Shown: piece after piece, positions 1 through 10,415 of the stretch | Numbering within the stretch: the stretch's first letter is position 1 | Layout of the letters: every line of letters starts with the position of its first letter | From: an uncultured virus (IMG/VR IMGVR_UViG_3300042894_005760) | Taxonomy: Duplodnaviria; Heunggongvirae; Uroviricota; Caudoviricetes | Virus record (IMG/VR): IMGVR_UViG_3300042894_005760 | Direction: 5' to 3' (one strand) | Length of the DNA: 64,000 nucleotides | The notes under the pieces: model-generated | The model's database searches: none | What the model was told of the DNA's origin: nothing | What the model saw: the letters and a program-made list of their open reading frames with translations, nothing else | Translations under genes and position numbers: made by a program

Positions 1-280
1 GCAACGTTAATCAAGTAGGAACAAGTGAAGATTTAGTAGCTTGCTTACAAAACAATTTGATCTCTAACAGAGATTTAGTAGTAGCTTAATCAAATAAGAC
101 TAATACACCAAAAATTCTACAGCTGTGTTCACCAGTTTAAAAGTGAAACCTTTTTATTAGTAGTTTGAGATTCAAAAACTAATTATTTTGTAAGACTTAG
201 AAAAACTTACTAAACTTGTAAACGAATAGTTATTTTTAACTGAGAAAGACACGTTGGGCAGTACAACGTCATCTCCACAA
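1..280 (+). ncRNA. ssrA: tmRNA, 5' end outside the window
   Basis: tRNA-like 3' end: GAC, stem ACGTTG/CAACGT (251-269) with loop GGCAGTA, acceptor strand CATCTCC (U at position 70), discriminator A277, then CAA. Open tag frame 3-89 ends LVVA-stop. TAAACTTGTAAA motif at about 210-221. A terminator follows. Confidence 0.85.
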
Positions 281-287
281 CAAAATT

Positions 288-311
288 CCCACTCATTGAG
301 TGGGTTTTTTT
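288..311 (+). terminator. Intrinsic terminator after tmRNA
   Basis: CCCACTC-ATT-GAGTGGG followed by a T-run. Confidence 0.85.
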
Positions 312-327
312 ATAAATATATAAAATT

Positions 328-837
328 ATGATAACAAAATTTGATGGTAGGTATGGTTTTTTATCGAACTTCTATCCATGTAAAATAGAATACCAAGGTA
401 TTACTTACAATAGTGTTGAAACATACTATGTTGCAATGAAGTGTAATAATGATCAAATGATTGATGGTAAATACTATACTGCTGCTGATTTTAGAGAACT
501 AGTTTCTAATATGGCACCTGGTAAAGCAAAACAACTAGGAAAAGTTATAAAAGTAAGATCTGAGTGGGATTCAAAGAAATTTGGATTTATGGAATGGGCA
601 GTTAAAGAAAAGTTCAAAGATGAAACATTAAAAGAAATGTTACTAATGACTGAAAATAAAGAGATTATTGAAGGGAATTATTGGCACGATAATTTCTATG
701 GTCAATGTACTTGTGAAAAATGTGCGGGTAAAGGTAAAAATAAATTAGGTAAACTCCTAATGGATATAAGAAGTGAATTAAATGGTACTAAAAAACCAAA
801 TCTTTTTGATGTTTTATTTAAAGACAAAAAAGCTTAG
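328..837 (+). CDS. NADAR (YbiA-like) family protein
   Basis: FLSNFYP, SVETYY.AMK, AKQLGK, KF..E.LK..LL.T, IIEGN.WHD.FYG and GKNKLGKLLM.IR motifs. Confidence 0.9.
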   Translation: MITKFDGRYGFLSNFYPCKIEYQGITYNSVETYYVAMKCNNDQMIDGKYYTAADFRELVSNMAPGKAKQLGKVIKVRSEWDSKKFGFMEWAVKEKFKDETLKEMLLMTENKEIIEGNYWHDNFYGQCTCEKCAGKGKNKLGKLLMDIRSELNGTKKPNLFDVLFKDKKA

Positions 838-856
838 ATTTCTCTAAGCTTTTTTT
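826..856. terminator. Bidirectional terminator
   Basis: A-run, AGCTTAGA/TCTAAGCT stem, T-run, between convergent genes. Confidence 0.8.
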
Positions 857-1997
857 AATTTCTATTATCTTCATATCTACCATTGGTTGTTCTAAGTCTC
901 ATAGAGTAACCTCTAGGTGGATAAGATTGTAATATACCTTTAGAATAATCATCTTGTAACACTTCTGTTTTACGATTAAATATATTTAATTGAAGAACAC
1001 CTACTGGTTGTTCAACAATAACTTTCTTTTGATGAAAAGTTAAATACATAAATGTATCTAAATAAGGCCACTCATCAATATCAGTAGTATCCAAATCAAT
1101 AAATAGTTTCATTGATGAGTTTGTGATAACATCATTAAATGATAGATATCCTTCTTTTTCTCTAATCTCATCAAATTTAGATAAAACCCATTCATCACAA
1201 ATGTAAGGTTTATCCATTATCTTTTGTCCACAATTAGTTGTCCATACTAAACATCTACCAACAAATTTATCAAAAACTTTAATTGCAACCATACTGACTT
1301 TATCAGTATTTTTTGTATAAAGATCTAGATAACTTAGTTTATCTGTCATACAAGAACCACCTAATGATGATTTAGATGATTGATAATTATCTCTTTTATA
1401 TCCTTCTAAGATTTCTTTGCCGGTTAAATACTCAACTTTAATGTGATCACCAGTTTGATATGATACATAATCATTATGAGTTTTCTCTATTTTTTTATTA
1501 TCAAATAAAGAATCCATTTTAAATGTATCTTTATATTGTTTAGAGAATGAATTTAAAAATCTTCCAAATTTTAAATCAGTACTTCTATTTTTTGTAGAAT
1601 CTACTAATGTAATCATTCCTTTTGTCTCAGATATATCAAATTTATTATAGTCTGGGAACATTCTTTTATCTTCTATTGAAAGAATATCAATAGACTTACT
1701 TTGAAAAAAAGTAATTAATTTTTCGGATATTTCAAATGTATCTTTTAAGTTTTCAACACCATTTAAACCTAATATAACAACACCATCAGTAAGTGTTCCA
1801 TTATAATCTTGTTTAAATGCCCAAGAAAATTTATAACCAAGTCTATTGGTAGCTTGATTTCCTGATTTTTCAGGTTCATTATGACAAATATAGTAGTATG
1901 GGTCCTCATGTTGAATTTTACCTTCAATTTGCATACCATCTATATTTGCAATTACTCTACTACCCGGTTTGTATTGAATACCTTTATATATAAGCAT
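855..1997 (-). CDS. Hypothetical protein, GSCM/GRxLVW family (paralog of 14188-15252)
   Basis: 380-aa ORF with LGGSCM, YTKN..KV, GRCLVW, MDK.Y and PYLDT. Confidence 0.8.
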   Translation of the reverse strand: MLIYKGIQYKPGSRVIANIDGMQIEGKIQHEDPYYYICHNEPEKSGNQATNRLGYKFSWAFKQDYNGTLTDGVVILGLNGVENLKDTFEISEKLITFFQSKSIDILSIEDKRMFPDYNKFDISETKGMITLVDSTKNRSTDLKFGRFLNSFSKQYKDTFKMDSLFDNKKIEKTHNDYVSYQTGDHIKVEYLTGKEILEGYKRDNYQSSKSSLGGSCMTDKLSYLDLYTKNTDKVSMVAIKVFDKFVGRCLVWTTNCGQKIMDKPYICDEWVLSKFDEIREKEGYLSFNDVITNSSMKLFIDLDTTDIDEWPYLDTFMYLTFHQKKVIVEQPVGVLQLNIFNRKTEVLQDDYSKGILQSYPPRGYSMRLRTTNGRYEDNRN

Positions 1998-2019
1998 ATT
2001 TTTCTATTTTTTATCTTGA

Positions 2020-2050
2020 CAAAAGTAATAAAAAAAAATTATATACCAAA
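2020..2050 (-). promoter_or_regulatory. Bacteroidota housekeeping-sigma promoter
   Basis: Minus strand reads TTTG-N19-TACTTTTG, matching the -33/-7 consensus TTTG/TAnnTTTG. Confidence 0.75.
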
Positions 2051-2073
2051 CATTTTTCAATAAAATTATATAA
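2047..2073 (+). promoter_or_regulatory. Putative phage middle-class promoter
   Basis: CAAAC-N17-TATAA upstream of the methylase; motif recurs in the window. Confidence 0.55.
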
Positions 2074-2093
2074 ACAATAAAAACTATATAAAA

Positions 2094-3059
2094 ATGTCGG
2101 TAATATCATATTTCGGGGGCAAGGCCAACTTTCAATCCTTTATCACACCTAACATCCCAACAGATTGTAAAACATACATCGAGCCCTTTTCTGGCTCATT
2201 CGCAATATATTTAGATTCTAACTTAGAGTTTACTAATGTTATATTTAATGACAGAAATAGACATCAAGCAAATCTAATGAAATGTTGTTCTCAACCACAA
2301 GATTTCTTAGTGGAACTTAAATCCTTATTGGCACCAGGTGGTTTACTTTATACTACTGAAACAGAAGTAGATAAAAAATGGGATTTCTTTAAAGCAATCT
2401 ACAGAACTTACGTTACCAATGATTTCTTAGACGATATGAACTTTGAGATTGGTGATTTTAAAGTAGGTGCAATTTATGCATTCTTAATTACATCAAGTTT
2501 TAGTTCTGTTTATCCTAGAGGTGGTGGATTTACTGGATTTAAGAAAAAAACAAACAAATTAAATCTTTTAATTTTAATCAATAAATTAGAGAAGAATAAA
2601 TATACCGAAAGATTACAAAAAATTACAGACTTTCATAATTTAGATTTTGAAGATGTTATTACAATGTATGATGCAGAAGATACTTATATGTATTTAGACC
2701 CACCTTACGCTCGTTTTAATGACTTAAAAAATGATGATGATGGTAGAAGATTATTTTGGTATGGATGTGACACAGAGAACACCTTTGGAATTTCTTCACA
2801 TAGACGTTTATTAGAATTATTAAAGAGTTCTAAAAGTAGATGGTCATTATCATATTACTATTTTCCTTTATTAGAAGAATTATTACCAAGAGACGAATAT
2901 CTTTGGACTTCAAAAGAATTTCATAGACCATCTGCCGTAATTAAGAATAAAGTAGAGGGTGTTGATAAGGAAAAGGGTATTGAATTATTGATTATGAACT
3001 ATGATCCAGAAACTGGAAAAATGTTAAATATCAAAGAAGAAATAAAAGAGGATTTATAA
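2094..3059 (+). CDS. DNA adenine methyltransferase (Dam/D12 class)
   Basis: YFGGK, YIEPFSGS, FND and YLDPPY motifs in alpha-class order. Confidence 0.92.
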   Translation: MSVISYFGGKANFQSFITPNIPTDCKTYIEPFSGSFAIYLDSNLEFTNVIFNDRNRHQANLMKCCSQPQDFLVELKSLLAPGGLLYTTETEVDKKWDFFKAIYRTYVTNDFLDDMNFEIGDFKVGAIYAFLITSSFSSVYPRGGGFTGFKKKTNKLNLLILINKLEKNKYTERLQKITDFHNLDFEDVITMYDAEDTYMYLDPPYARFNDLKNDDDGRRLFWYGCDTENTFGISSHRRLLELLKSSKSRWSLSYYYFPLLEELLPRDEYLWTSKEFHRPSAVIKNKVEGVDKEKGIELLIMNYDPETGKMLNIKEEIKEDL

Positions 3060-3071
3060 TCCTCTTTTTTT
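3044..3071. terminator. Bidirectional terminator
   Basis: AAAAGAGGATT..AATCCTCTTTTT between convergent genes. Confidence 0.8.
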
Positions 3072-3774
3072 ATTGATTTTTTAACTTTCTATCTAATAGT
3101 TTGGCAATATTAGAACCAATTAAATAGTGAATGTTTTTAATTCCATCAACTTCAATTGTTTCTATTTCATCCATAAATCTAAATTGGAATTTATATTTAT
3201 CCTGATCTTCTGGATCTTCTGTAATGTCTTTATCAATTTTATGTATTGATAATTCAATATCATAACTATTATTTATATTTACTTTAAAGTCGAATGTAGT
3301 TTTATCACAAGAAACCATTTTAAACTTAGGTTCATATTCTACTTCAAATACTGAATATTCTGTAATCTTTGCTCTTTTCATATAGTAATTTAAGAACATT
3401 GCAGGTGCTTCGATAAAGTCGGAAAGTATTTGTATATCTTCTCCAAAGTTATTGGATTCAATAATATCATCAATTTTCTTTTTCATATCGATAATACTAG
3501 TAAATTCTATTTTATGATAAACACAGTTTATATCATAAAGATATAAAAATGAATTATCAATAATATTTCTTTTATTCAGATCAGTTTTAAATATAAATTT
3601 GGTGTGTATAATAGATATGTCTTCAGTTGATAAACCGTGTAAACAAATTACAAGTTTTAAAAACTGTTCATCATCAGATTTTTCATAAACTGTGTCTATT
3701 GATGTAACTACACCATCTTCTTCGCTGAAAATCTCTTTAAAAGCTGTTTCTATTTCCTCTATTCTAATGTTCAT
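3070..3774 (-). CDS. Hypothetical protein
   Basis: 234-aa ORF starting 2 nt after the upstream gene's stop. Confidence 0.8.
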   Translation of the reverse strand: MNIRIEEIETAFKEIFSEEDGVVTSIDTVYEKSDDEQFLKLVICLHGLSTEDISIIHTKFIFKTDLNKRNIIDNSFLYLYDINCVYHKIEFTSIIDMKKKIDDIIESNNFGEDIQILSDFIEAPAMFLNYYMKRAKITEYSVFEVEYEPKFKMVSCDKTTFDFKVNINNSYDIELSIHKIDKDITEDPEDQDKYKFQFRFMDEIETIEVDGIKNIHYLIGSNIAKLLDRKLKNQ

Positions 3775-3776
3775 AA

Positions 3777-4523
3777 TTATTCAAATTGTTTATCATAAGC
3801 ATATCTTTTAAGTTTCATAACTTTTTCAATATACCCATTTCTTCTTAGAAGCTTAAATACTAAATTACCTAGTGAAAACTCACCACCTTCACTTTCTAAT
3901 CCACTTTTTCTATAGTTTTTAATCTTTTCCCAAACTTTTTTAATCTTTTCACTAAATTGTTCATATTTGTCTTCATCTACTTCATCTTCTAAATCATCAA
4001 TCAACATCATTACTGATTTACCTTTCTCTCTGATTTGTTCATCATCTGGTTCAAAATCAACTTTTTCGGGTTTTACTAACCATTTATTGTTAAGTAGTGA
4101 AAACATACCACTTGCTTTGTGATCTTCTGAAACATCTTGTATATAAACTTCTACTTCATAACCTTTGATATTAATATCATGTTCTTTGTTAAAGTTATTT
4201 TTTGCGGAGTCTACATATTTTTTAACTAATTCTATATCTTCATTAACTTCAGTAAAATCTATTAATATATGTAAGTCATAATCTGAGTATTTTTCAGACC
4301 AGTTATAGTTTGATAATGAACCTGTTAGAACAACATCTTTTACATCAGCTTCTAAAGTAGTCGAGTTGTAAAAGTCTTGTGCGATTCTTAATAGATTTTC
4401 CCTTACTTCTTCATCAATTTCAAAATCAGTCCATATTTTAGGATTCAATTCATCTTTTAAGTGAAATGATTTTACTGGTTCAAAATCAGCTTGTACAAAT
4501 TCAAAATATTTATCTACTTTCAT
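3777..4523 (-). CDS. Pol-beta superfamily nucleotidyltransferase-like protein
   Basis: VVLTGS..NYNW...SDYDLHILID (hGS-x-DxD) and EVEVYIQD; leader MKVDKYFEF. Confidence 0.8.
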   Translation of the reverse strand: MKVDKYFEFVQADFEPVKSFHLKDELNPKIWTDFEIDEEVRENLLRIAQDFYNSTTLEADVKDVVLTGSLSNYNWSEKYSDYDLHILIDFTEVNEDIELVKKYVDSAKNNFNKEHDINIKGYEVEVYIQDVSEDHKASGMFSLLNNKWLVKPEKVDFEPDDEQIREKGKSVMMLIDDLEDEVDEDKYEQFSEKIKKVWEKIKNYRKSGLESEGGEFSLGNLVFKLLRRNGYIEKVMKLKRYAYDKQFE

Positions 4524-4533
4524 ATACTATATA

Positions 4534-7500
4534 TTATAATTCAACTACTGAAATACTTACATCTCTAACTCTTGCATTACCAGCACCAATTGCAGCCAAA
4601 CTTATATCAATCCAAACTGCAGTATTTAATGTTAATCCAGTTACAATTGCATTTAATGAGAATGGTACTCTTGTTACTGCTGTTGCACCACCTGATACAA
4701 CAACACTCATTTTAACTAAACCACCTTGTGTAGTACCAGTTAAGGCAGCACCATTTATTGGTGGTGTTCCAGTTCCAGTTATCATTTGTACTTGTGCACC
4801 ATCATCACCTGTATCATTGTCCATATCTCCTGATATAATAATCATTATCTTACCAGATAATACAGGTGTTATAGATGCAGATAATCCCATCATTACACCA
4901 ACTGTAGAAGATGTTACTGTAGGATCTGTTGGATTTTTTTGTGTACTGGCAGCAGTTGGTGTTTGCCAAGTTGCTGCAGTTGCAGATACCGCAGTTAATA
5001 CTTGTCCTATACTTGGTGCAGTTGCCACTATATAAACTGGATTTGTATTTGTTTTTAATGCATTTGTTTCTACATAGTTAGTTGATCCTGTTATACCTTT
5101 ATTAGTTAAAGATTGTGTTGAACTTGTTATATTATCCAATATAACTTTATCTCCAAAAGACATAAATCCTGATTGAGTACTAGTTGCCAAAGCAGGTGTT
5201 TGCCAAGTTGCTTGAGTAGCAGATATAGCCATTAAGACTTGATTAACACTTGGTGCTGTAGCCACAATATAAACTGGATTGGTTGTTGTTTTCAATCCAT
5301 TTGTATCAACATAGTTAGTTGTTCCAATAATTGTCTTATTAGTTAAAGATTGAGTTGAACTTGTAATATTATCTAATATAACTTTATCATTAGCAGACAT
5401 AAACCCAGCAGTTGTTGTAGATGCAGTTGCGTGTAAACTACCACCTGCTTGGTCACCATGTGAATGTATATGGTCTTGTCTTGCATAGTTTGAACTTGTA
5501 CCAATCTGACTAACAGTACCAATTGTTGATGGTGTACCTGTAGGAATAGTTTGCCAAGTTGCCTGAGTTGCTGATGTTGATATTAAAACTTGTCCAATAC
5601 TTGGTGCAGTAGAAACAATATAAACTGGATCTGTTGTTGTTTTCAATCCATTTGCATCAACATAGTTAGTTGAACCAGTAATACCTTTATTAGTTAAAGA
5701 TTGTGTTGAACTTGTAATATTATCCAATATAACTTTATCTCCAAAAGACATAAATCCTGATTGTGTAGTAGTTACTAAAGCGTGTAATGAACCACCATCT
5801 AAATTACCGTGAGCATGAATATGGTCTTGTCTTGCAAATGCTGCTATACTACCAATTTGATTAGTAACTCCAATTGTTGATGGTGTACCAGTTAATAATC
5901 CGTCAATTGCACCAGGTAAATGTCTTGATGCGTGTGATTCTATATTAATTGAGTTGATTAGATTAACACCTTGAATAGAGTAACTGCCCATTTGTAAATC
6001 ACCAGTTAATATTCTTGCACCATTTGTTAATAAGTATTGTTGATGGTCATCCGCAGCTAAGTTTATTAATGAAGAGTGGTCTGCAGATGCATTAATTCCT
6101 GCGGCTCTAAACCCAACTACTGGTCTTTGATCTCTAATCTCTACAATACTTGAAGTTCCTTGTTGAACTACAATACCTGCAATAAGTGCTACTGCATCAC
6201 TAAAATAACTTGGTGGTATTGGTAAAGAAGCAACCTGTGCAGATAATAAATCAATATGTTCTGAGTTATCATAAACCATAAAATATCTTTCTTCACCATT
6301 ATCTCCTACTAAATATAGTGAGTGTTTTGCAAAATAACCAGTACTTAATGCAATTAGTGAGTTAGTACCTGAATAATAAGTATTATCTACTGAATTAGTA
6401 GCAACTACTATCCAATCACCTAACCCATCAGGTCTATAGCTTTCAAATGTAATATCAGTTCCACCTGCTGGATTAAACTCATTGGCACCATAATAGTAAG
6501 TACCTTGTGACACATCTAAATGTAATGATTGAGTTGCATTTTCACTAACAATAGAACCATTTGAGTAAACTGGACCAATACCTTTTCTAAATAATTTAGT
6601 TGCTTTATTTGCCCAATGTTCAGCAAATAAAGGTGTCCTTTCAATAAACTCAAATCCTATTGTGTTAGTTCTTACTCTACCTAATAGTATATTTTCTGAT
6701 GTATCAGGAATACTAACATCATAAATTAGTTGATTTGATGAGTTAAAATAAATATAATATGTTGAGTTTGATGGAATACTTATCTCTGTTGTTGGCCAAT
6801 CAAATCTATTTAATATATTACTACTATTAATATGATAATAACCAAAACCAGCAGCCACACTTAAAGTTAATCCTAAACCTTCTGTTATGTAACCACCTTC
6901 AATAACACCCATTGTAGATGATCTTTCTATAAGTGTAGAAATATCAGTAGTTACCGTTGGTGTATAAGTAACATTTAATCCACCTGCAATAGTAAAGTCA
7001 CCAACTTCTGGATCTGCATAAGTTAAACTAACATCAGATGATAAAGTTGTAACTTTTGCTTTCTCAAAAGTTCCACTTAATTGTCCATAAGTATCTTCAT
7101 TTTCAATAAGTATATGATCATTTGTACTTTGACAAGAAACAGCAACTCCAATTAGTTTAGAACCAAGTTCACCAACAATATTTAAAAAAGGAACCCAAAT
7201 TCCTTTATCCCAATTTGTGAAGTTTACTGCATTTAATCTACATTTTGCACCATTCTCTATAATTAAAAATGTTGTTCCTAATTGAATAGTGCCCGCTGCA
7301 TTTGCTTGAACAGAGTTCATTACAATTTCACAATTTTCACCACTTGCTTTGGCAAAATATGTAGGTTTTGTAACTGCAGACATACCTTGTGAATAACAAT
7401 GTAAAAGTAATATTCTTGCTGCAACTGAACTAGGTGTTGGAAAACTATTATTATAAGCATAAAACCCTTTATCAAATATAAAATCATCACCATATCTACA

Positions 7501-9282
7501 ATCAATAACTTGTACGGTTGTTTGATTTGTATCTGCATAACAAATAACATGACTATCATTTTCACCAAATATAACATCTTTTATAACAAATGCACTTTGT
7601 GCAGTACCCGTTGGAGATGTATGATAAAATGCCGCATATCCAGGTCCAGCTCCTGTAACTAAACAAGATATAACAGATGCGAAGTCAGCACCAATAAAGA
7701 CATGTTGACTTGAAGTTGCTGCAATAATTCTTGTTGTTCTATCACGTCCTACAATATTAACCCAGGGTTTCATTGTAATTGTATCTTCATAGAAATCACC
7801 TGCACCTACTGCAATTGTCCATCTATTTGTAACAGATGGACTTAGTATTGAATCCAATGCCTCATTAATTGTTTCATATTGACCTGAACCAGTTGCACCC
7901 TTTTTAACCATTATTACATTATCATCTGTTACTAATGAATCTAATTGATCTATAGCACCTTGTACATTATTTGCTGTTAATGTTAGTCCGGATGGTACAT
8001 AACTTAAAGATAATGCATTAAATTCTTCCCATTGAAATGAACCATTTCCATCATTAGAAACAATCCAACTTGCGGTTGCTGTGTTTATTGAATTTAGATG
8101 ATTTGTTTTTAAACTATTATCTAAAACTATTGCAGAGACAGAAGGACCATTTACAGTCATCTCTGATGATAATTGAATAGTATCAGTCGTATTAAAAGCA
8201 ATAGTATTTGTTAAGTCAACTAAAATCAACTCACCTGCCATATTATTATTAAAAGCACCACCATTTACAAGATTTACTGCACCATTTGCTATAACTACAT
8301 GTCCATAGTTCTGCATTACACCCCCGTCTATTGTTAAATCACCATAGACCCAATACTGTTCATTTTCTTCAACAGTAACAACCTCACCAGGTCCTATATA
8401 ATATTGAATATTATAAGCATCTGATGGAAATGGTTTAGTCATTTGAAAGTAGGTTCCATTATATGTTAAACTATAAATACCATTTGTTATAATATCAGTT
8501 ATTATAAGATCTCTTACTCCATTTTTAGTTGCAATTTTAATATCTTTATATCCTAATCCATTTATATTGATTGATGCTGTACCATTATTGGCTGTATTAA
8601 ATTTAGTTAAAAATATTAAGTCTCTACTATATTCGTTAAATATTGGATCAGTACTTACTGAGTAAGTTAAACCATTTCCTGAAGGTTCAATATAAAAAAC
8701 TTGTGTTATCTTCTCTTGCTTCCATATTCCATTAGGATAAGTCCCCTCATATTTATAAATTGAATTATTATCATTATCAACTCTAACAGTCATACCATTA
8801 GTTGGAATAGTAACTTTCCATAAACCTACGTTACTATACTCTACAATTATTGTTCCATATGAATAATTATCCCAGTTTGTGCCTAATGGAGATAAACTAG
8901 GAATAGTTCCAAGTAAGTATCTGTGACCTGGAAAAGGTTCTAATGTAGGCTCAATAGTTAAAATTGAAATTACTGAGTCAACCCATTCAGTTGATGTATT
9001 CTCGCCTAAATTGAGTTTTTCCCAATTTGAGTTATCTAATATATCGTTATTATAATAACCATGTTTAAGTTGATATGTACCGTTAAGATCAGGATCAGAA
9101 TCATTGTAAACATTTACTAACATACCCCACTCTCTTCTTGCTTCTATTATGTCAAACATTTCAACATATGTTTCATATCCATGTGAACCACCTTTTATTT
9201 CATTAGCAAATGCTGATGCATATTGATCTAATGAATCATTTGGACGAATTGGTGCTGATATTAAAGTTCCTGAATTTTGCAT
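4534..9282 (-). CDS. Large tail fibre/virion appendage protein
   Basis: 1582 aa, G/T/S/N-rich. Beta-helix-like lead-in YETINEAL...IAVGAGDFYE, DDHQQYL and ARQDHIH fibre motifs, internal repeats. Confidence 0.75.
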   Translation of the reverse strand: MQNSGTLISAPIRPNDSLDQYASAFANEIKGGSHGYETYVEMFDIIEARREWGMLVNVYNDSDPDLNGTYQLKHGYYNNDILDNSNWEKLNLGENTSTEWVDSVISILTIEPTLEPFPGHRYLLGTIPSLSPLGTNWDNYSYGTIIVEYSNVGLWKVTIPTNGMTVRVDNDNNSIYKYEGTYPNGIWKQEKITQVFYIEPSGNGLTYSVSTDPIFNEYSRDLIFLTKFNTANNGTASININGLGYKDIKIATKNGVRDLIITDIITNGIYSLTYNGTYFQMTKPFPSDAYNIQYYIGPGEVVTVEENEQYWVYGDLTIDGGVMQNYGHVVIANGAVNLVNGGAFNNNMAGELILVDLTNTIAFNTTDTIQLSSEMTVNGPSVSAIVLDNSLKTNHLNSINTATASWIVSNDGNGSFQWEEFNALSLSYVPSGLTLTANNVQGAIDQLDSLVTDDNVIMVKKGATGSGQYETINEALDSILSPSVTNRWTIAVGAGDFYEDTITMKPWVNIVGRDRTTRIIAATSSQHVFIGADFASVISCLVTGAGPGYAAFYHTSPTGTAQSAFVIKDVIFGENDSHVICYADTNQTTVQVIDCRYGDDFIFDKGFYAYNNSFPTPSSVAARILLLHCYSQGMSAVTKPTYFAKASGENCEIVMNSVQANAAGTIQLGTTFLIIENGAKCRLNAVNFTNWDKGIWVPFLNIVGELGSKLIGVAVSCQSTNDHILIENEDTYGQLSGTFEKAKVTTLSSDVSLTYADPEVGDFTIAGGLNVTYTPTVTTDISTLIERSSTMGVIEGGYITEGLGLTLSVAAGFGYYHINSSNILNRFDWPTTEISIPSNSTYYIYFNSSNQLIYDVSIPDTSENILLGRVRTNTIGFEFIERTPLFAEHWANKATKLFRKGIGPVYSNGSIVSENATQSLHLDVSQGTYYYGANEFNPAGGTDITFESYRPDGLGDWIVVATNSVDNTYYSGTNSLIALSTGYFAKHSLYLVGDNGEERYFMVYDNSEHIDLLSAQVASLPIPPSYFSDAVALIAGIVVQQGTSSIVEIRDQRPVVGFRAAGINASADHSSLINLAADDHQQYLLTNGARILTGDLQMGSYSIQGVNLINSINIESHASRHLPGAIDGLLTGTPSTIGVTNQIGSIAAFARQDHIHAHGNLDGGSLHALVTTTQSGFMSFGDKVILDNITSSTQSLTNKGITGSTNYVDANGLKTTTDPVYIVSTAPSIGQVLISTSATQATWQTIPTGTPSTIGTVSQIGTSSNYARQDHIHSHGDQAGGSLHATASTTTAGFMSANDKVILDNITSSTQSLTNKTIIGTTNYVDTNGLKTTTNPVYIVATAPSVNQVLMAISATQATWQTPALATSTQSGFMSFGDKVILDNITSSTQSLTNKGITGSTNYVETNALKTNTNPVYIVATAPSIGQVLTAVSATAATWQTPTAASTQKNPTDPTVTSSTVGVMMGLSASITPVLSGKIMIIISGDMDNDTGDDGAQVQMITGTGTPPINGAALTGTTQGGLVKMSVVVSGGATAVTRVPFSLNAIVTGLTLNTAVWIDISLAAIGAGNARVRDVSISVVEL
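4960..5890 (-). repeat. Internal triplication in the tail fibre gene
   Basis: Three copies of GFMS..DKVILDNITSSTQSLTNK.I.G.TNYV..N.LKT.T.PVYIV.TAPS..QVL; near-identical DNA at about 5100-5175 and 5690-5763. Confidence 0.9.
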
Positions 9283-9300
9283 TTATATTCTATATTTTTT

Positions 9301-10335
9301 TTAACTTATTATTACTGGATTCAATGGTGAATTCTGTGCGGTATGTGATATCCAAACCTCATAGTTTGTTATAATACCATATGTGTTTATAAAACTAAAA
9401 TTAGTTAATAGTGGACTAAACCCCGTACTTGTAAATCCATTTACTTTAAATTCTGGTGTTGTTGCATTTGGAACACTACTTGGCCAAGCAAATACTAAAT
9501 ATCCACCAGCACCATTTATATTAGTATAAGTTTTATTCTTTACTTTAGATAAAATATTACCTGGAGAAACACCTGCTCCAGTCAATCCTCGAATTCGTGC
9601 ACTTCCACTACTAGAGTTAGGGAAAAAATTTGTAACAATAGTATTAATACGTGAATTACGTGTATTAGGATCTGATAAGTCTGGATTTAATATTGATGTA
9701 AGATCTAATCTTCCCCAATATATTTTATTCATCCACTCGTATGATGTACTTGTTGAGGTTGTATTTGTTCCATCACTAACACTCATTGTAAAGGTATTTA
9801 GAGTAGAAACTGCTGGAGTACTCCATGTTCCCGTTACTCCCCTTATTCCACTTTGATCACCACCATTTACTGGAAGTATTATTTGACTATTAACATTAAT
9901 TGATGTGATTGTATTAGATTTCTTAGTAACACTCCAAAGTAATGTTGAATTTAGAGGTGCACCATATTCTTTATTAGTTAAAGGTTGTCCGAAAAGTCCA
10001 GATAAACTTAATATTGGTGCCACATATGGATATAAAAGAGCATCAAACATTTGTTGAACTGTTTGTGGAGTAGAGAATGTTGTTCCTTCTGCAATACCAC
10101 CTACTTCAATAGTTGTAGGATTTGGATTTTGAAAATATGGTGATGCCAATGACGCAGAAGCCGCAACTATAGCCACTTCTTCTACTCTTTCCCAAAGTGT
10201 ATATACCGCATCTCTAACATCTTCTGCAAAAATAAGATTTGCATTATTATCTTGTAACTGGTTTAATAATTCCTGTACGTCACTCCACCTTCTAGAGACG
10301 ATGGGACTTGCAAATGATGTATATAAAACTGGCAT
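9301..10335 (-). CDS. Putative virion structural protein
   Basis: S/T/G-rich beta-type protein with MFDALLYPY..P motif; late-type promoter; directly upstream of the fibre gene. Confidence 0.65.
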   Translation of the reverse strand: MPVLYTSFASPIVSRRWSDVQELLNQLQDNNANLIFAEDVRDAVYTLWERVEEVAIVAASASLASPYFQNPNPTTIEVGGIAEGTTFSTPQTVQQMFDALLYPYVAPILSLSGLFGQPLTNKEYGAPLNSTLLWSVTKKSNTITSINVNSQIILPVNGGDQSGIRGVTGTWSTPAVSTLNTFTMSVSDGTNTTSTSTSYEWMNKIYWGRLDLTSILNPDLSDPNTRNSRINTIVTNFFPNSSSGSARIRGLTGAGVSPGNILSKVKNKTYTNINGAGGYLVFAWPSSVPNATTPEFKVNGFTSTGFSPLLTNFSFINTYGIITNYEVWISHTAQNSPLNPVIIS

Positions 10336-10385
10336 ATATAATTTAATATTTTTATGTATATATTAAAATATTATTCTCATAAAAT

Positions 10386-10413
10386 AAAAAAAGAGAGTTA
10401 TAACTCTCTTTTT
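10386..10413. terminator. Intrinsic terminator
   Basis: A-run, GAGAGTTATAACTCTC, T-run. Confidence 0.75.
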
Positions 10414-10415
10414 AT

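Noticed and set aside
241..280. Stand-alone tRNA-Ala
   Set aside because: No anticodon or D arm; the upstream tag frame fits tmRNA
4466..5035. 189-aa plus-strand ORF
   Set aside because: Antisense shadow of the fibre gene
4960..5890. Diversity-generating retroelement template/variable repeat pair
   Set aside because: Copies are in frame within one gene, differences are not confined to adenines, and no reverse transcriptase is present
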